A stretch of 64,000 bases of DNA, taken from the NCBI GenBank assembly GCA_041690135.1, contig JAWLHY010000006.1:32001-96000 (forward strand), given 5' to 3'. Under the pieces are notes generated by a model that did no database searches, was not told the DNA's origin, and worked only from the letters and a program-made list of their open reading frames with translations. The translations under genes and the position numbers were made by a program. Positions 18,824-29,743 of the stretch are shown here, piece after piece (the stretch's first letter is position 1; each line of letters opens with the position of its first letter). This DNA is from Armatimonadota bacterium (lineage in GTDB: Bacteria > Armatimonadota > SYMT01).

Positions 18824-20272
18824 ATGTCACGCCGCTCGGGTCTCCCGCACGCACACCAGCACGCCTTCGGCTCGTTCAATCCCCTCACGGAGGATGGGCT
18901 CGTCTTCCGCACCCGCCGCAACATGCTCAAGGCGGGGCTGGCGGGAATGGCGGGCCTTACCGTTCCCGACCTCCTCCGCACCCGGGCCGCGGCAGCCCAG
19001 GCCGGCCGGTCCATGGGCGGCAACAAGAGCGTTATTCTCCTGTGGATGACCGGCGGGCCGAGCCACATCGATACCTGGGACCCCAAGCCGGATCGCCCGG
19101 TGGAGAACCGCGGACCCTTCGGCACGATCGACACCCGCCTGCCCGGGGTCCGCATCTGCGAGCATCTGCCGAAGATGGCGGGGATGCTCGACCGGTTCAC
19201 GCTGATCCGCTCCCTGGACTGCAGCACCAGCAACCACGAGCCGAACATCGTTTTTCAAACCGGCAACCTGGCCGCGGCGCCGCGGGTCAACCCAAACGGG
19301 CGCAAGTTTCCGGCCATCGCCTCGATCTGCTCCAAAGTGCGGGGCGCGAACGTGCCCGGAATGCCTCCCTACGTCGCCTTCCGGCGTTCGGATTCGCACC
19401 TGGCTTTCGGCGGCTATCTGGGCAAGCAATACGACCCCTTCATCGGGAACGATGCCGCGGTCCTGCCGGTTTACGACCTGGTGGGGAACGACACGGGCAA
19501 GGTTGCCGGTGGGAGCCTCCTGCAGTTCCCCTCCGGACTCTCCGCCCAGCGGGTGCAGCGGCGCCACTCGCTCCGGAAGGACGTTGACCGCCTTCGGCAG
19601 GCAATCGACCAGGATGCGGCCATGGAGAACCTGGACGCCATCGAGCAGCGGGCGGTAGACCTGGTGCTGGGAGGGCGTGCGCGGGATGCCTTCGATCTCA
19701 CTCGCGAGCCGCAAAAGGTCCGCGACCGCTACGGAAAGCACCTCTGGTGCCAGCAGGCCCTCCTGGCGCGTCGCCTGGTAGAGTCCGGCGTGAGTTACGT
19801 GACGATCGACCTGAGCTACCACACCGCATCGGGAACCTGGGACAACCACGGGGACGACATTCCGCCCTATGGCGGCATTACCTCCGGCCTCAAGCCGCTG
19901 CTGCCGTTGTTCGACCACCTGGTCACCACGCTGGTCGAGGACCTGGCGGAGCGCGGTCTCCTCGACGACACCCTCGTCCTCTGTATGGGCGAGTTCGGGC
20001 GCACCCCGACCATGACCAAGGCCGACGGCCGAAACCACTGGACCGCCATCGGGGCCATGGCCATGGCCGGAGGCGGGCTGCGTCACGGTCAGGTGATCGG
20101 CGCTTCCGAGGCGGATGGCGGGCACATCGCGGAACGGCCGGTGACCGCCGGCGACCTGGCGGCCACCATCTACCGGCATATGGAAGTCCCGCTCACCGCC
20201 ACCTACGACGACCACACCGGTCGCCCCCTCCCCATCGTCGAGCACGGCGAACCGATCCGCGAGCTGTTCTAA
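18824..20272 (+). CDS. DUF1501 domain-containing protein
   Basis: RRNMLK Tat-like motif, ILLWMTGGPSHIDTWDPKP, ARRLVESGV, WDNH, GEFGRTP, GRNHW. Confidence 0.93.
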   Translation: MSRRSGLPHAHQHAFGSFNPLTEDGLVFRTRRNMLKAGLAGMAGLTVPDLLRTRAAAAQAGRSMGGNKSVILLWMTGGPSHIDTWDPKPDRPVENRGPFGTIDTRLPGVRICEHLPKMAGMLDRFTLIRSLDCSTSNHEPNIVFQTGNLAAAPRVNPNGRKFPAIASICSKVRGANVPGMPPYVAFRRSDSHLAFGGYLGKQYDPFIGNDAAVLPVYDLVGNDTGKVAGGSLLQFPSGLSAQRVQRRHSLRKDVDRLRQAIDQDAAMENLDAIEQRAVDLVLGGRARDAFDLTREPQKVRDRYGKHLWCQQALLARRLVESGVSYVTIDLSYHTASGTWDNHGDDIPPYGGITSGLKPLLPLFDHLVTTLVEDLAERGLLDDTLVLCMGEFGRTPTMTKADGRNHWTAIGAMAMAGGGLRHGQVIGASEADGGHIAERPVTAGDLAATIYRHMEVPLTATYDDHTGRPLPIVEHGEPIRELF

Positions 20273-20363
20273 AGGGTGGGGGGAAGTATCTGAACAGGTA
20301 TTGACCGCTCGGCACGATCCTGTTTCTTCACCCAGGTCGGCGAGCCTCGCCGGAGTGGCGGCG

Positions 20364-20397
20364 CCGGGTACCCACCGGGTACCCACGCAGTGGGTGG
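20364..20397. repeat. REP-like palindromic unit, shared with 49944-49984
   Basis: CGGGTACCCACG(C/A)AGTGGGTGG at 20376-20397 and 49963-49984 (21/22 identical); both intergenic. Confidence 0.6.
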
Positions 20398-20655
20398 GGT
20401 GTCGGCCCCCCTCTGGGAAACCGTACCTGCTCAGTTACTCGCCCCAGCCCCTGAGCTGGCTCCAATCCGGTCACCACGCTGGGCCCATTCCCGTAACGGC
20501 TGCACTCCCTACCGATCACACCCCGGTAGCGGGTATCCTGAACGGGATTGGGCGCGACGGGCAGGAATTGTCGGAAAACCCCAACGCGAGAATCATTGCT
20601 TGCGACCGTCCATGACTCGTGTATTCTGGAGTCCGGCGATGGAGGCGTAGGGAGA

Positions 20656-22008
20656 ATGCTCGTGCGAAAAGTGGTCAGCAGTGGCAGGTCGGGGGCGAGT
20701 CGGGCGAAGCGGCTGGGGGCGTGGGTCCTCGCGGGGCTACTGGTACCGGCCATCACCGTGGCCGTCGCGCTCCCGTTCGACGACATCGACGATGAGCCAA
20801 TTCGCTACAGTTCCAGCCGACCCGATAATGCCGTTTCCCGCTTGCAGGGGCAAATGGATCGAGGAGAGGTGAAGCTCAAGCGCGATCCCGTCGCCGGCTA
20901 CCTGCCCGCCGTACTGAAGGCGCTGAATGTCCCCGTCTCTTCGCAGACCCTGGTCTGGTCCAAGACCAGCCTCCAGCGCGACTGGATCTCCCCCCGCAAC
21001 CCCCGGGCCCTCTACTTCAACGACGAGGTCTACGTCGGATGGGTGAACGGTGGGCGCGTGCTGGAAATCTCGGCGGTCGATCCGCAATTGGGGGCTGTGT
21101 TCTACGCCGTCAACCAGGATGCCGCTACGCCGGCAAAGTTCGTCCGCCAGACCCATGAGTGCCTGCAGTGCCACGGCTCCACCCTCTCGGCCGGCGTGCC
21201 CGGACACATCATGCGCTCCGTCTTCGCGGATGCCACGGGGCAGCCGATCCTCAACGCCGGCACCTTCCTGACCACTGACCAGAGCCCGTTGGAAGAACGT
21301 TGGGGCGGCTGGTATGTCACGGGGACGCACGGGGCGCAGCGGCACATGGGCAACCTGATCACCCACAGCGCCACCCAGGCCGCCAACGCCAACCTGGCAG
21401 CGGGAGCCAACGTCACCAGTCTCGCGAAGCGCTTCGACACTTCCGCCTACCTCACCGGGCACAGCGACATCGTGGCGCTGATGGTGATGGAACACCAGGC
21501 CCACCTCCACAACCTGATCACCCGCGCTCACCACGAGACGCGACGTGCCCTCCACTTCGAGCAACTCCTGAACCGCGACCTGGGCCGGCCGGCCACGTTC
21601 CGCTCCGATAGCACCACCAGCCGGATCAAGAGTGTGTGCGAGCCGCTGGTGAGGGCCCTGCTGTTCGTGAAGGAAGCCCCCCTCACGTTCCAGATCGAGG
21701 GAACGTCCGGGTTCCGGACGGAATTCGAGAAGGGGGGCCCGCGCGACAAGCAGGGCCGCTCACTCCGGCAACTGGACCTCCGACAACGCCTGCAGCGCTA
21801 TCCCTGCAGCTTCCTGATCCATTCGGACGCCTTCGACGCGCTAGCCCCGGAAGCAAAGCAGTACGTCTACCGGCGCCTGTGGGAGATCCTCGACGGGCGT
21901 GATACCTCGCCGGACTTCTCTCACCTGAGCACTGCAGATCGCAGTGCCGTCCGCGAGATCCTGCTGGAGACGAAGACGGACTTCATTAACTTCCGCCTGT
22001 CGCGCTAA
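20656..22008 (+). CDS. exported c-type heme protein (planctomycete-type hypothetical)
   Basis: Signal-like N-terminus, SKTSLQ..ISPRNPRALYFNDEVYVGWV, CLQCH heme motif, RWGGWYVTG. Confidence 0.8.
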   Translation: MLVRKVVSSGRSGASRAKRLGAWVLAGLLVPAITVAVALPFDDIDDEPIRYSSSRPDNAVSRLQGQMDRGEVKLKRDPVAGYLPAVLKALNVPVSSQTLVWSKTSLQRDWISPRNPRALYFNDEVYVGWVNGGRVLEISAVDPQLGAVFYAVNQDAATPAKFVRQTHECLQCHGSTLSAGVPGHIMRSVFADATGQPILNAGTFLTTDQSPLEERWGGWYVTGTHGAQRHMGNLITHSATQAANANLAAGANVTSLAKRFDTSAYLTGHSDIVALMVMEHQAHLHNLITRAHHETRRALHFEQLLNRDLGRPATFRSDSTTSRIKSVCEPLVRALLFVKEAPLTFQIEGTSGFRTEFEKGGPRDKQGRSLRQLDLRQRLQRYPCSFLIHSDAFDALAPEAKQYVYRRLWEILDGRDTSPDFSHLSTADRSAVREILLETKTDFINFRLSR

Positions 22009-22340
22009 ATGCCGTGCAGGATTCGCAGAGCCGGGGTAGAATTCCTCAACCAAGCCCCAACAAATGCTGTTCCTGTAGGCCGGACGCTCCGGATCACGGG
22101 ACGGCCTTTCGGGAACGGAGCGACGGCGAGGCGAGCTCCGCGCGCGGTCCTTGAGCCGTTTCTCATGGGGTGCGAATCAAGTCACCCAACGTGACGCCAG
22201 CCCCGGCGGCATCTCCGGAGTATCTCCGAAGATGCAGGTTCCGGGTCCACGCAATAGGGGAACGAGCGACCGGCCATCCTGGGCCGGCGCATATCCGTTT
22301 GCCGCTTCCTGAACCGCCCTTCAGGGCAGGAGGAAACCGT

Positions 22341-23075
22341 ATGCGTCGACGTGGGTTCACCTTGATCGAGCTGCTTGTTGTTATTGCTATCATCGCTATT
22401 CTGGCAGCGATTCTCTTCCCGGTGTTCGCGCGAGCACGCGAAACCGCTCGGGCTGCCAGTTGCAAGAGCAACCTCAAACAAATTGCGATGGCCGTCATGA
22501 TGTACACGCAGGATTACGATGAGTGTTTCCCGGCCCGCACCAGCACCAGTGGTAGCGCGGGCGCCCCCGGAGATGTCCGCCCGGACGTCCTGGGACGCGC
22601 CAACGTTGATATGCCGGCCATCTTCAGCAACTGGCCGGTCTTCTTCGCGCCGTACATCAAGAACGGGCCGGTGTTCCTCTGCCCCAGCGGCGTGAAGCCG
22701 GCTGCCACCTTGCCCAATCCGGCAACGCCGGGCCAGGCAGCGATCATCCGCAACTACGCCTACAACTTCGACCTCCTGGCTCCCAGCCCGCTGATTGCAG
22801 TTAGTCTGGCCCAACTGCAACAGCCCGCGGGAACCATCCTGGCACTGGATGCACGCAACAGCTTCTGTATTTCCTCGACCAATAACATGGCCAATCTCCA
22901 GGGCAATCCCTGCCTGGGCCTACAGCATGCCACGAACGAACGGGCGGACCGGCACAACGACACGGCGAATGTCGCGTTCTGCGACGGTCACGTCAAGGCA
23001 GTCAAGCGGAACTTCCTGACCACGGTTAATCAGACTTCGGACCGTCTCCCCTGGGGGTTCACGATCGCGCCATGA
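22341..23075 (+). CDS. DUF1559 / prepilin-type N-terminal cleavage-methylation protein with H-X9-DG motif
   Basis: [53 protein letters not shown]; AGGAGG RBS. Confidence 0.95.
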   Translation: MRRRGFTLIELLVVIAIIAILAAILFPVFARARETARAASCKSNLKQIAMAVMMYTQDYDECFPARTSTSGSAGAPGDVRPDVLGRANVDMPAIFSNWPVFFAPYIKNGPVFLCPSGVKPAATLPNPATPGQAAIIRNYAYNFDLLAPSPLIAVSLAQLQQPAGTILALDARNSFCISSTNNMANLQGNPCLGLQHATNERADRHNDTANVAFCDGHVKAVKRNFLTTVNQTSDRLPWGFTIAP

Positions 23076-23163
23076 CGGGCCGCGGCGGATGGGCCGAAGG
23101 GCTGCGTGAAAGGTCAACGTGCAGCTAACCAGGCCGATTCACGGATAACGACTGGAGGATACG

Positions 23164-23400
23164 GTGGACACACAATCCCTACCGAAATGGCTGGCATTTA
23201 CCATCATCGGCGCCGTGGCGGTCCTGCTCTTCGGGGCGGCCTTCTTCATCGGGGGCAGCCGCGAGGCCAAGCCCCTTTCGGCGGCCGAGATCGTCGAAAC
23301 TCAGCAGGCGGAGAAGCCGGGGGAAGCACCCTCCGGCGACGCTGCCGACGCACAAAACGCCGCCGCGGAACCGGCGGCCGCGGTCCCAGGGGATCCGTGA
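23164..23400 (+). CDS. small single-TM protein downstream of prepilin gene
   Basis: GGAGG RBS, one hydrophobic helix, Ala/Glu-rich tail. Confidence 0.7.
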   Translation: MDTQSLPKWLAFTIIGAVAVLLFGAAFFIGGSREAKPLSAAEIVETQQAEKPGEAPSGDAADAQNAAAEPAAAVPGDP

Positions 23401-23807
23401 GTCCAGGCGGTCTCACACCGCTAGTCCCCACCCTGGATCCCGGACAGAAGCAGAGGGGGAGGCCGCAGGTACGGACCTGCACGCCTCCCCCGCCTCGCCT
23501 TCCGGCACGTGAGTTGGTGGGTCACCCGGCGCCCGGGTTGGTCTTGTCCGCGCCTACTCTGTTTCAGGCCAGGACTGGCGCCCGGCTAGCGGTAGAGGTC
23601 CTGTCTTTGCACCAGGAGATGTAGGACAGGCTCTCCAATGTCTGCCTGGTCTTGAGTTCGTACCTGTCTTGCCGTGTCGGGCGCCGCTCACCCCGAATAC
23701 GCGAGTCCGCAAGGCAAGACCTACCAGCAGCAGCCACCGTTAGCCCGCGCCGATCAGCATGGAATCGGCAGTGGGCTGGGCTCGGAGCTCACAGCAGCTA
23801 CGGTTTT

Positions 23808-24164
23808 GCTAAGTGGTGCATCCGGCAAGTGGAGGTCAGTTTTCCATAGGTGGCATCGCAGTCACCACGCAAGCTACCGGGCCAATGACGTGCCCTCGGT
23901 GGCCCGGACAGTAGGGAATGTGACGCCGTTCCATTCCGCCGTCGGGGACGCTGATCCCGTTGCGCCAAACCGAACCGGACCGGCGCCGGTGCTGCCACGC
24001 ATTGGCAGAACGGGTTCAGCCCCAGGACGGCGGAACGCTGCGGCGAGACGTTCCCTACCGGTGCCGCTGTCAATGGCTCGCCCGGACGGGACCCGACCCG
24101 CTCCGCCGGACGTGTTCCGGCGCCAGGAAAATCTTACTGGCACTTACCGGATGCACCACTTAGC
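23808..24164. mobile_element. MITE-like element with 24-bp terminal inverted repeats
   Basis: GCTAAGTGGTGCATCCGGCAAGTG (23808-23831) vs CACTTACCGGATGCACCACTTAGC (24141-24164), one mismatch; no transposase inside. Confidence 0.65.
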
Positions 24165-24380
24165 GCCCATCTCGTTCAGGGAAGGGCAACCAGAGCCGAT
24201 GCCCCTACAGAACCGACTGCCATACGCCTTCCCACCTTGCCCCGCGCCCCTCCCCCTCCCCTCTTCCCCCTCGCACCTCTCACCTCTCACTTCGCCCCGC
24301 TCCTCGACCCACGGTATACTTGTAGGGTCAGCAACTCAAACCCACCCGATCGCCCATGGCCGGGTTAAGGAAAACTCCCG

Positions 24381-25895
24381 ATGACTCGTAAGCAGATTCT
24401 CCTCGCCGCGGCAGCCCTGGGGCTCTGCGGGGCCGGGCTGCGCGCCGGTTCCGCGGGTCCGGCTCTTGTGGATGCTCCGTCGCCCCGCCGAGAGTTCCGC
24501 GGCGTCTGGGTGGCCACCGTCGATAACATCGACTGGCCGTCCAAGCGCGGGCTCCCGGTAGACCAGCAGAAGCAAGAACTGATCACGATCCTGGATCGAG
24601 CCGCCGAACTCCGGCTCAACGCCATCGTGCTGCAGGTGCGGCCGGCGTGCGACGCGCTCTACCGATCCGACCTGGAACCCTGGTCCGAGTACCTCACCGG
24701 GAAGATGGGGCAACCACCCGTCCCGTTCTACGACCCGCTGGAGTTCGCCGTGGCGGAAGCGCACGCGCGCGGCCTGGAACTGCATGCGTGGATCAATCCC
24801 TACCGGGCACACCATCCTTCCGCTAAATCCGAGATTTCCGATAACCACCTGAGCAAGAAACGTCCCGAACTGGTACGGCAGTATGGGAAGCATCTCTGGC
24901 TCGATCCGGGCGATCCCCAGGTGCAAAAACATTCGCTGGATGTCGTTCGCGACCTCGTGGCGCGCTACGACCTCGACGGCATCCATATGGACGACTACTT
25001 CTATCCGTACAAGGAAAAGGATGCCGTCGGCACGACGATCCCCTTCCCGGATGACCCGAGCTGGCAGAAGTATGTGGACGCAGGCGGTACGCTCAGCCGG
25101 GACGACTGGCGCCGGGAGAATGTGAACTCGTTCGTTAAGCGCATGCACGACGTGGTCAAGGCGGAGAAGAAGTGGGTAAAAGTGGGCATCAGCCCGTTCG
25201 GCATCTGGCGGCCGGGTCACCCGCCGCAGATCCAGGGCTTCGACCAGTACTCCGAGTTGTATGCCGATGCCCGCAAATGGCTTGTGGAGGGATGGGTCGA
25301 CTACTGGACCCCGCAGCTTTACTGGCCCATAGCCCAGAAGGCCCAAAGTTATCCGGTATTGCTGAAGTGGTGGGTCGAGCAGAACCCCCACGGTCGCCAC
25401 GTCTGGCCCGGCAATTATACGGGGCGCGTGGGTGACGGCTCCGCGCGCGCCTTCCCAGTGGAAGAGGTCAGCAATCAGATCCAGGCTACCCGGGACCAGG
25501 CCGGCGCCACGGGCAACGTCCACTTCAGCATGAAGGTGTTCATGCAGAACCGGCAGGGCTTGAACGATACCCTTCGGAGCGGGGTGTACGCCGAGCCGGC
25601 CCTGGTTCCGGCTTCACCGTGGCTGGATGGAAAAGCCCCGGACGCGCCGAAACTGCGCCGGAAGAAGACGGCAACCGGCGATACGGAAGTGGTGTGGTCG
25701 AACGGTGGCCGCGAAAAGGCGTGGCTCTGGGTTGCGCGGTTCAAGTCCGGGCAGGCGTGGACCACCCAGGTGTTTCCGGCGGCTACTACCTCGCGCGCGC
25801 TGGCTTCCCTCCCGGCGGGCACAGAAGCCGTGGCCCTTTCCGCCGTGGACCGCTGCGGCAATGAGAGCCCCCTGGCGACTTTGAGCCTGAAGTAG
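24381..25895 (+). CDS. glycosyl hydrolase-like 10 (GHL10, YddW/YngK family) exported protein
   Basis: REFRGVWVATVDNIDWPS, LQVRPACDALY, ELHAWINPYR, DGIHMDDYFYPY, GISPFGIWR. Confidence 0.93.
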   Translation: MTRKQILLAAAALGLCGAGLRAGSAGPALVDAPSPRREFRGVWVATVDNIDWPSKRGLPVDQQKQELITILDRAAELRLNAIVLQVRPACDALYRSDLEPWSEYLTGKMGQPPVPFYDPLEFAVAEAHARGLELHAWINPYRAHHPSAKSEISDNHLSKKRPELVRQYGKHLWLDPGDPQVQKHSLDVVRDLVARYDLDGIHMDDYFYPYKEKDAVGTTIPFPDDPSWQKYVDAGGTLSRDDWRRENVNSFVKRMHDVVKAEKKWVKVGISPFGIWRPGHPPQIQGFDQYSELYADARKWLVEGWVDYWTPQLYWPIAQKAQSYPVLLKWWVEQNPHGRHVWPGNYTGRVGDGSARAFPVEEVSNQIQATRDQAGATGNVHFSMKVFMQNRQGLNDTLRSGVYAEPALVPASPWLDGKAPDAPKLRRKKTATGDTEVVWSNGGREKAWLWVARFKSGQAWTTQVFPAATTSRALASLPAGTEAVALSAVDRCGNESPLATLSLK

Positions 25896-26252
25896 CCGCG
25901 AGAGCAAATCGTGGATCCGAAATAGCGGTCGGGCTGCCTGAGGCAGTCCGACCGCTATCAATTGGACAATTGCCACCCGCGCTCTGAAGGTCGTGCCGCA
26001 CGGTGCCGCGGCACGACCGGCTCCCGGTGAACGGGATGAGTTCTGTCGTTGCACCGGTAGATGTAGTTTACGCCCCGCGGGGGTGGCGGGATCTCCGTCC
26101 CCGCCGGGCTTGTGGGCTTGCACTCGTCTGCCGGGTGCGACTCCATCCCCGCCTGGCTCTGGGCTCGCACCCGTCCTGCCGTGTGAACTTCCGCTCACCT
26201 CGGCGTACGCGAACCGACACCCCTCTTGGCTCTTCCGGACGCCGCAGTGACT

Positions 26253-26642
26253 TCAGGCCCCTGCCTGGTAATAGCGTCCGACCGTCTCCAGAAGTTGGCT
26301 GATATCGATCGGCTTGTGGAGGTGACCCGCCACCCGCAGGGTGGCCGCGGCCGCATCCACGTTGGCATCTCCCGAGATGACCACAACGGGAATTCCCGAA
26401 AGTGTTGGGTCGCGCTGCTGTTGCGCGCGGAACTCCCATCCGCTCATCACGGGCATCATCAGGTCCAGCAGGATGAGACGGGGCGTGAGACCGGCCTGCA
26501 GGTACTCCAGGGCCTGCCGTCCGTTGAAGGCACCAACAACCTGGTAACCTTCATCGAACAGAATCTCTCCCAGAGTCTCCTGGATGGCATCATCGTCTTC
26601 GACGATCAGAATGACATTCCGCCCTTGCTGCGCCGAAACCAT
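26253..26642 (-). CDS. single-domain response regulator
   Basis: ILIVEDD, LILLDLMMPVMSGWEF, HKPID. Confidence 0.92.
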   Translation of the reverse strand: MVSAQQGRNVILIVEDDDAIQETLGEILFDEGYQVVGAFNGRQALEYLQAGLTPRLILLDLMMPVMSGWEFRAQQQRDPTLSGIPVVVISGDANVDAAAATLRVAGHLHKPIDISQLLETVGRYYQAGA

Positions 26643-26742
26643 ACTTCTCCCAGGCCCCCTTCCGATGCGGAAGGACCGCCGCAATCCAATTTATTATCGG
26701 CTTTCGGCTCGCAGAAGAAAACACCCACCTCTCGCCTGCTGG

Positions 26743-29196
26743 TTACTCCGCCGGCGGCAGGATGATCGTGAAGGTAGCCCCCTCCCCCACTTCGGATTCC
26801 AATTCGATCGCTCCGCCAAGGGCGTGAACCATCTCCCGGACCAGGGCGAGCCCCAGGCCCACTCCGGGGGTATGCTTCTGGTGGACCGGTTCCAGGTGGG
26901 CGAACGGCTCAAAGATGAGGGCTTGCGCCTCGCGGGGGATCCCCGGACCGGTGTCCCGGACCCGGATTCGATGCAACTGGTCCTCACAAGACAGGACAAC
27001 CTCCACGAACCCGCGGTCGGTGAACTTGATCGCATTGCCGAGGAGGTTGACCAGGATCAGGCGGATCAGGCGGATATCGCTGTTGAGGGGCGGCAGGTGG
27101 GGATCGGGAACATAGCGAATATCGATCCCGCGGCGGGAAGCCTGCGGCTCCAACTCCGACACCACCTCGGCGGCCACCGCGTTGAGATCGGTCGGCTCGA
27201 TCCGCAGGTTCAAGCGACCACTTTCGATACGGGCGTACTCCAGCAGCGACTCGATCAGGTCGAGAAGGCGCCGGGCCGAGCCGCCGATCTTTCCCACGAT
27301 GTCGCGCTGTTTGGGCGTAAGAGTCTGCTCCTGGTCGCGCTCCAGGCGCTGCAATTGCAACTGCAACACCGTTAACGGGGTTCGCAGTTCGTGCGACACC
27401 AGCCGGAGGAAGTTGCTCTTGACCTGGCTGGATTTCTCGGCGTAATCCAGCGCCACCCGCATCGAGTCGAGCGTGGCCTGAAGTTCCTGCTTGCGGGAGG
27501 TGACCTCACCCGCCAGAGCTTCCAGGTCGTGGACCTGGCTGGAGAGTTCGCGCTGCAGCAGGTCACGAGCCCGCTTCGCGACGATGAGGTTGTCGACCCG
27601 GGCGCGCAGTTCTTCGGCCGCGAAGGGCTTCATCACATAATCCTGCGCGCCCTCCCGCAGCATCCGCACGCGCAGTTCATCGTCCGCCTTGGCCGTGAGG
27701 AGCACGATCGGTACCTGCTCCAGGTGAGGATTGGCGCGGACCGCCGCCACCAGTTGGTCGCCGCTCATGCCCGGCATCATGACATCGCTCAGGATCAGGT
27801 CTGGCTTGATCTTGCGCGCCGCCTCGAGACCTTCTAACCCATCAAACGCGGTGCTTACCGTATAAGTATCCCCCAGCGTGTCGGCCACGAAGCGGTTCAT
27901 GTCGGGGTTGTCTTCCACCACCAGGACCGTCGCCCGGCCGTTGCGCTCGTAGACCGTCGCGCCTTCCACCTGCCACCGGAGTTCCGCCAGGGCCTGCCGG
28001 GCTGCCTCTCCACCGGCCCCGGGAGAAGACGCCGGACGGACGGCAGCACCGGCCGGCGCGGTGAGGGGAAGACTGATGGTGAATTGTGCCCCGCCCTCCG
28101 GCGCGTCCCCTACGGATATGGAACCTCCATGGAGTTTCACGAAGTCCTGGGTGATGGCGAGCCCCAGACCAGTCCCTCCGTGCTTGCGGGTGGCCCCGCC
28201 GTCCACCTGCCGGAACCGCTCGAAGATCGCCTGCCGGTGCTCCGGAGGCACTCCGGGCCCGCTGTCGGCGACCTGCAGCCGTGCTTGGCCGGTGTCCAAC
28301 TCCAGCCGACACCGGATGGTACCCCCAGAGGGAGTGAATTTGAACGCGTTCGAGAGCAGGTTCAGAACCATCCGCTCCGTCTTCTCGGCATCGACCTGGG
28401 CCATCAGGGTCTCGGGCGCCTCCACCCGATAGTCGAGCCCGCGCTCGGCCGCCAGCACGTCGAAGTGGGCGGCGGCGAGGCGTACCAGGGCCGCCATGTC
28501 GGTTTCCGCGTAGTCCAGGTCCATGCGGCCCGCTTCCATCCGCGACACGTCAAGCAAGTCATTGACATGTTTCAACAGCGTACGCGCGTTGCGATCCACA
28601 ACCTCCAGGTCGCGCCGCTGCGCCGGAGTGAGATCGCCCGTTCCGAGGAGGCGCTCGGTGGGCCCCAGGATCAACGCCAGCGGGGTGCGTAATTCGTGGC
28701 TTACGTTGGCAAAGAACGCGGTCTTGAGTTCGTCGAACTCCTGAAGGCGAGCGTGCACTTCCGTGAGCTCCGTGTGTGCCTTCTCCAGTTCCCGCTTGTG
28801 CTGCTCCGACTCCCGGGCCGAACGGATCATTCCCAGAATAACGGGTATGAGCGGCGGAAGCGCGAGCGCCGTGATGACCGACGCAAAGGCGGTGATCGCC
28901 TTAACGACCCCGGAAAGCCAGTAGGTGGCCCTCCAGAGCGTCCAAATCTCCATAAAGTGGGTGGCGCCGCACGCCACGATGAAGAGGCCGAACGCCAGGA
29001 ACATCGAGTGGAAAGGGATGTCCTGGCGACCCCGGTACACCAGATAGACGAGCGCCGCCGAGATCCCTACGTAGGAGAGACCGATCAGGCCGTCCGACAC
29101 CACATGCAGCCAGATCAGCCCCGCCACTCCCAGGAAGCAGTGGACATGGGGCATGAACGGATCGGACGAGAACAGGACCCCCAAAAAATCGAGCAT
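26743..29196 (-). CDS. ethylene-receptor-like membrane sensor: EBD-HisKA-HATPase-REC-HisKA-HATPase
   Basis: SDGLIGLSYVGIS...FGLFIVACGATHFM three-TM domain, two SHELRTPL H-boxes, central LSDVMMPGMSG receiver. Confidence 0.9.
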   Translation of the reverse strand: MLDFLGVLFSSDPFMPHVHCFLGVAGLIWLHVVSDGLIGLSYVGISAALVYLVYRGRQDIPFHSMFLAFGLFIVACGATHFMEIWTLWRATYWLSGVVKAITAFASVITALALPPLIPVILGMIRSARESEQHKRELEKAHTELTEVHARLQEFDELKTAFFANVSHELRTPLALILGPTERLLGTGDLTPAQRRDLEVVDRNARTLLKHVNDLLDVSRMEAGRMDLDYAETDMAALVRLAAAHFDVLAAERGLDYRVEAPETLMAQVDAEKTERMVLNLLSNAFKFTPSGGTIRCRLELDTGQARLQVADSGPGVPPEHRQAIFERFRQVDGGATRKHGGTGLGLAITQDFVKLHGGSISVGDAPEGGAQFTISLPLTAPAGAAVRPASSPGAGGEAARQALAELRWQVEGATVYERNGRATVLVVEDNPDMNRFVADTLGDTYTVSTAFDGLEGLEAARKIKPDLILSDVMMPGMSGDQLVAAVRANPHLEQVPIVLLTAKADDELRVRMLREGAQDYVMKPFAAEELRARVDNLIVAKRARDLLQRELSSQVHDLEALAGEVTSRKQELQATLDSMRVALDYAEKSSQVKSNFLRLVSHELRTPLTVLQLQLQRLERDQEQTLTPKQRDIVGKIGGSARRLLDLIESLLEYARIESGRLNLRIEPTDLNAVAAEVVSELEPQASRRGIDIRYVPDPHLPPLNSDIRLIRLILVNLLGNAIKFTDRGFVEVVLSCEDQLHRIRVRDTGPGIPREAQALIFEPFAHLEPVHQKHTPGVGLGLALVREMVHALGGAIELESEVGEGATFTIILPPAE

Positions 29197-29212
29197 AGCG
29201 CTTATCCCTCGT

Positions 29213-29629
29213 TCAGGCGCCGCCGCTCCGGGGGCGCGTGTCGCCCTCTTCCGGTTTCGCGGGCCGGAAGGTCCGGATGTAGTCGATCACCGCGGAAACC
29301 TCATCCGGGGCGAGGCGTTCTTTCCAGCCCGGCATCGCCTTTCGACCCTCTTCGATCACCCGGCGCAGCTCGTCCCGGGGAGTTTCTGCCGCATCAGTGA
29401 GATGGCTGGCGGGCGTCCCCCGAGCGCCGTCCGGTCCGTGACACCCCACGCAATAGACTGCATAGACTCGCGCCCCGGCCGGGCGGCCTTCCGGCGTACG
29501 GGTAGTAGGCGGCCGGCAACCCGTGCCCAACATCAGCAGAACTGCCCCGTAGCCCCAGAGGTGCCGCCAGGAAAATAGTCGCGTAGAAACCGGCAAACGC
29601 AGGGGCGACCAGGTAACCATCTCATCCAT
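29213..29629 (-). CDS. class I monoheme cytochrome c, probable lipoprotein
   Basis: LGTGC lipobox-like, CVGCH, distal Met in AMPGW; start uncertain. Confidence 0.85.
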   Translation of the reverse strand: MDEMVTWSPLRLPVSTRLFSWRHLWGYGAVLLMLGTGCRPPTTRTPEGRPAGARVYAVYCVGCHGPDGARGTPASHLTDAAETPRDELRRVIEEGRKAMPGWKERLAPDEVSAVIDYIRTFRPAKPEEGDTRPRSGGA

Positions 29630-29743
29630 TGCGGAATACGGGAACCAGGAAGGAATTCGTTACTCCACCTACACCGCCTGCCCACCAGGAATCCGTGGGC
29701 GCCGATGCCCAGAATATACCGCACATTTTGCGGTGCCGGGAGC

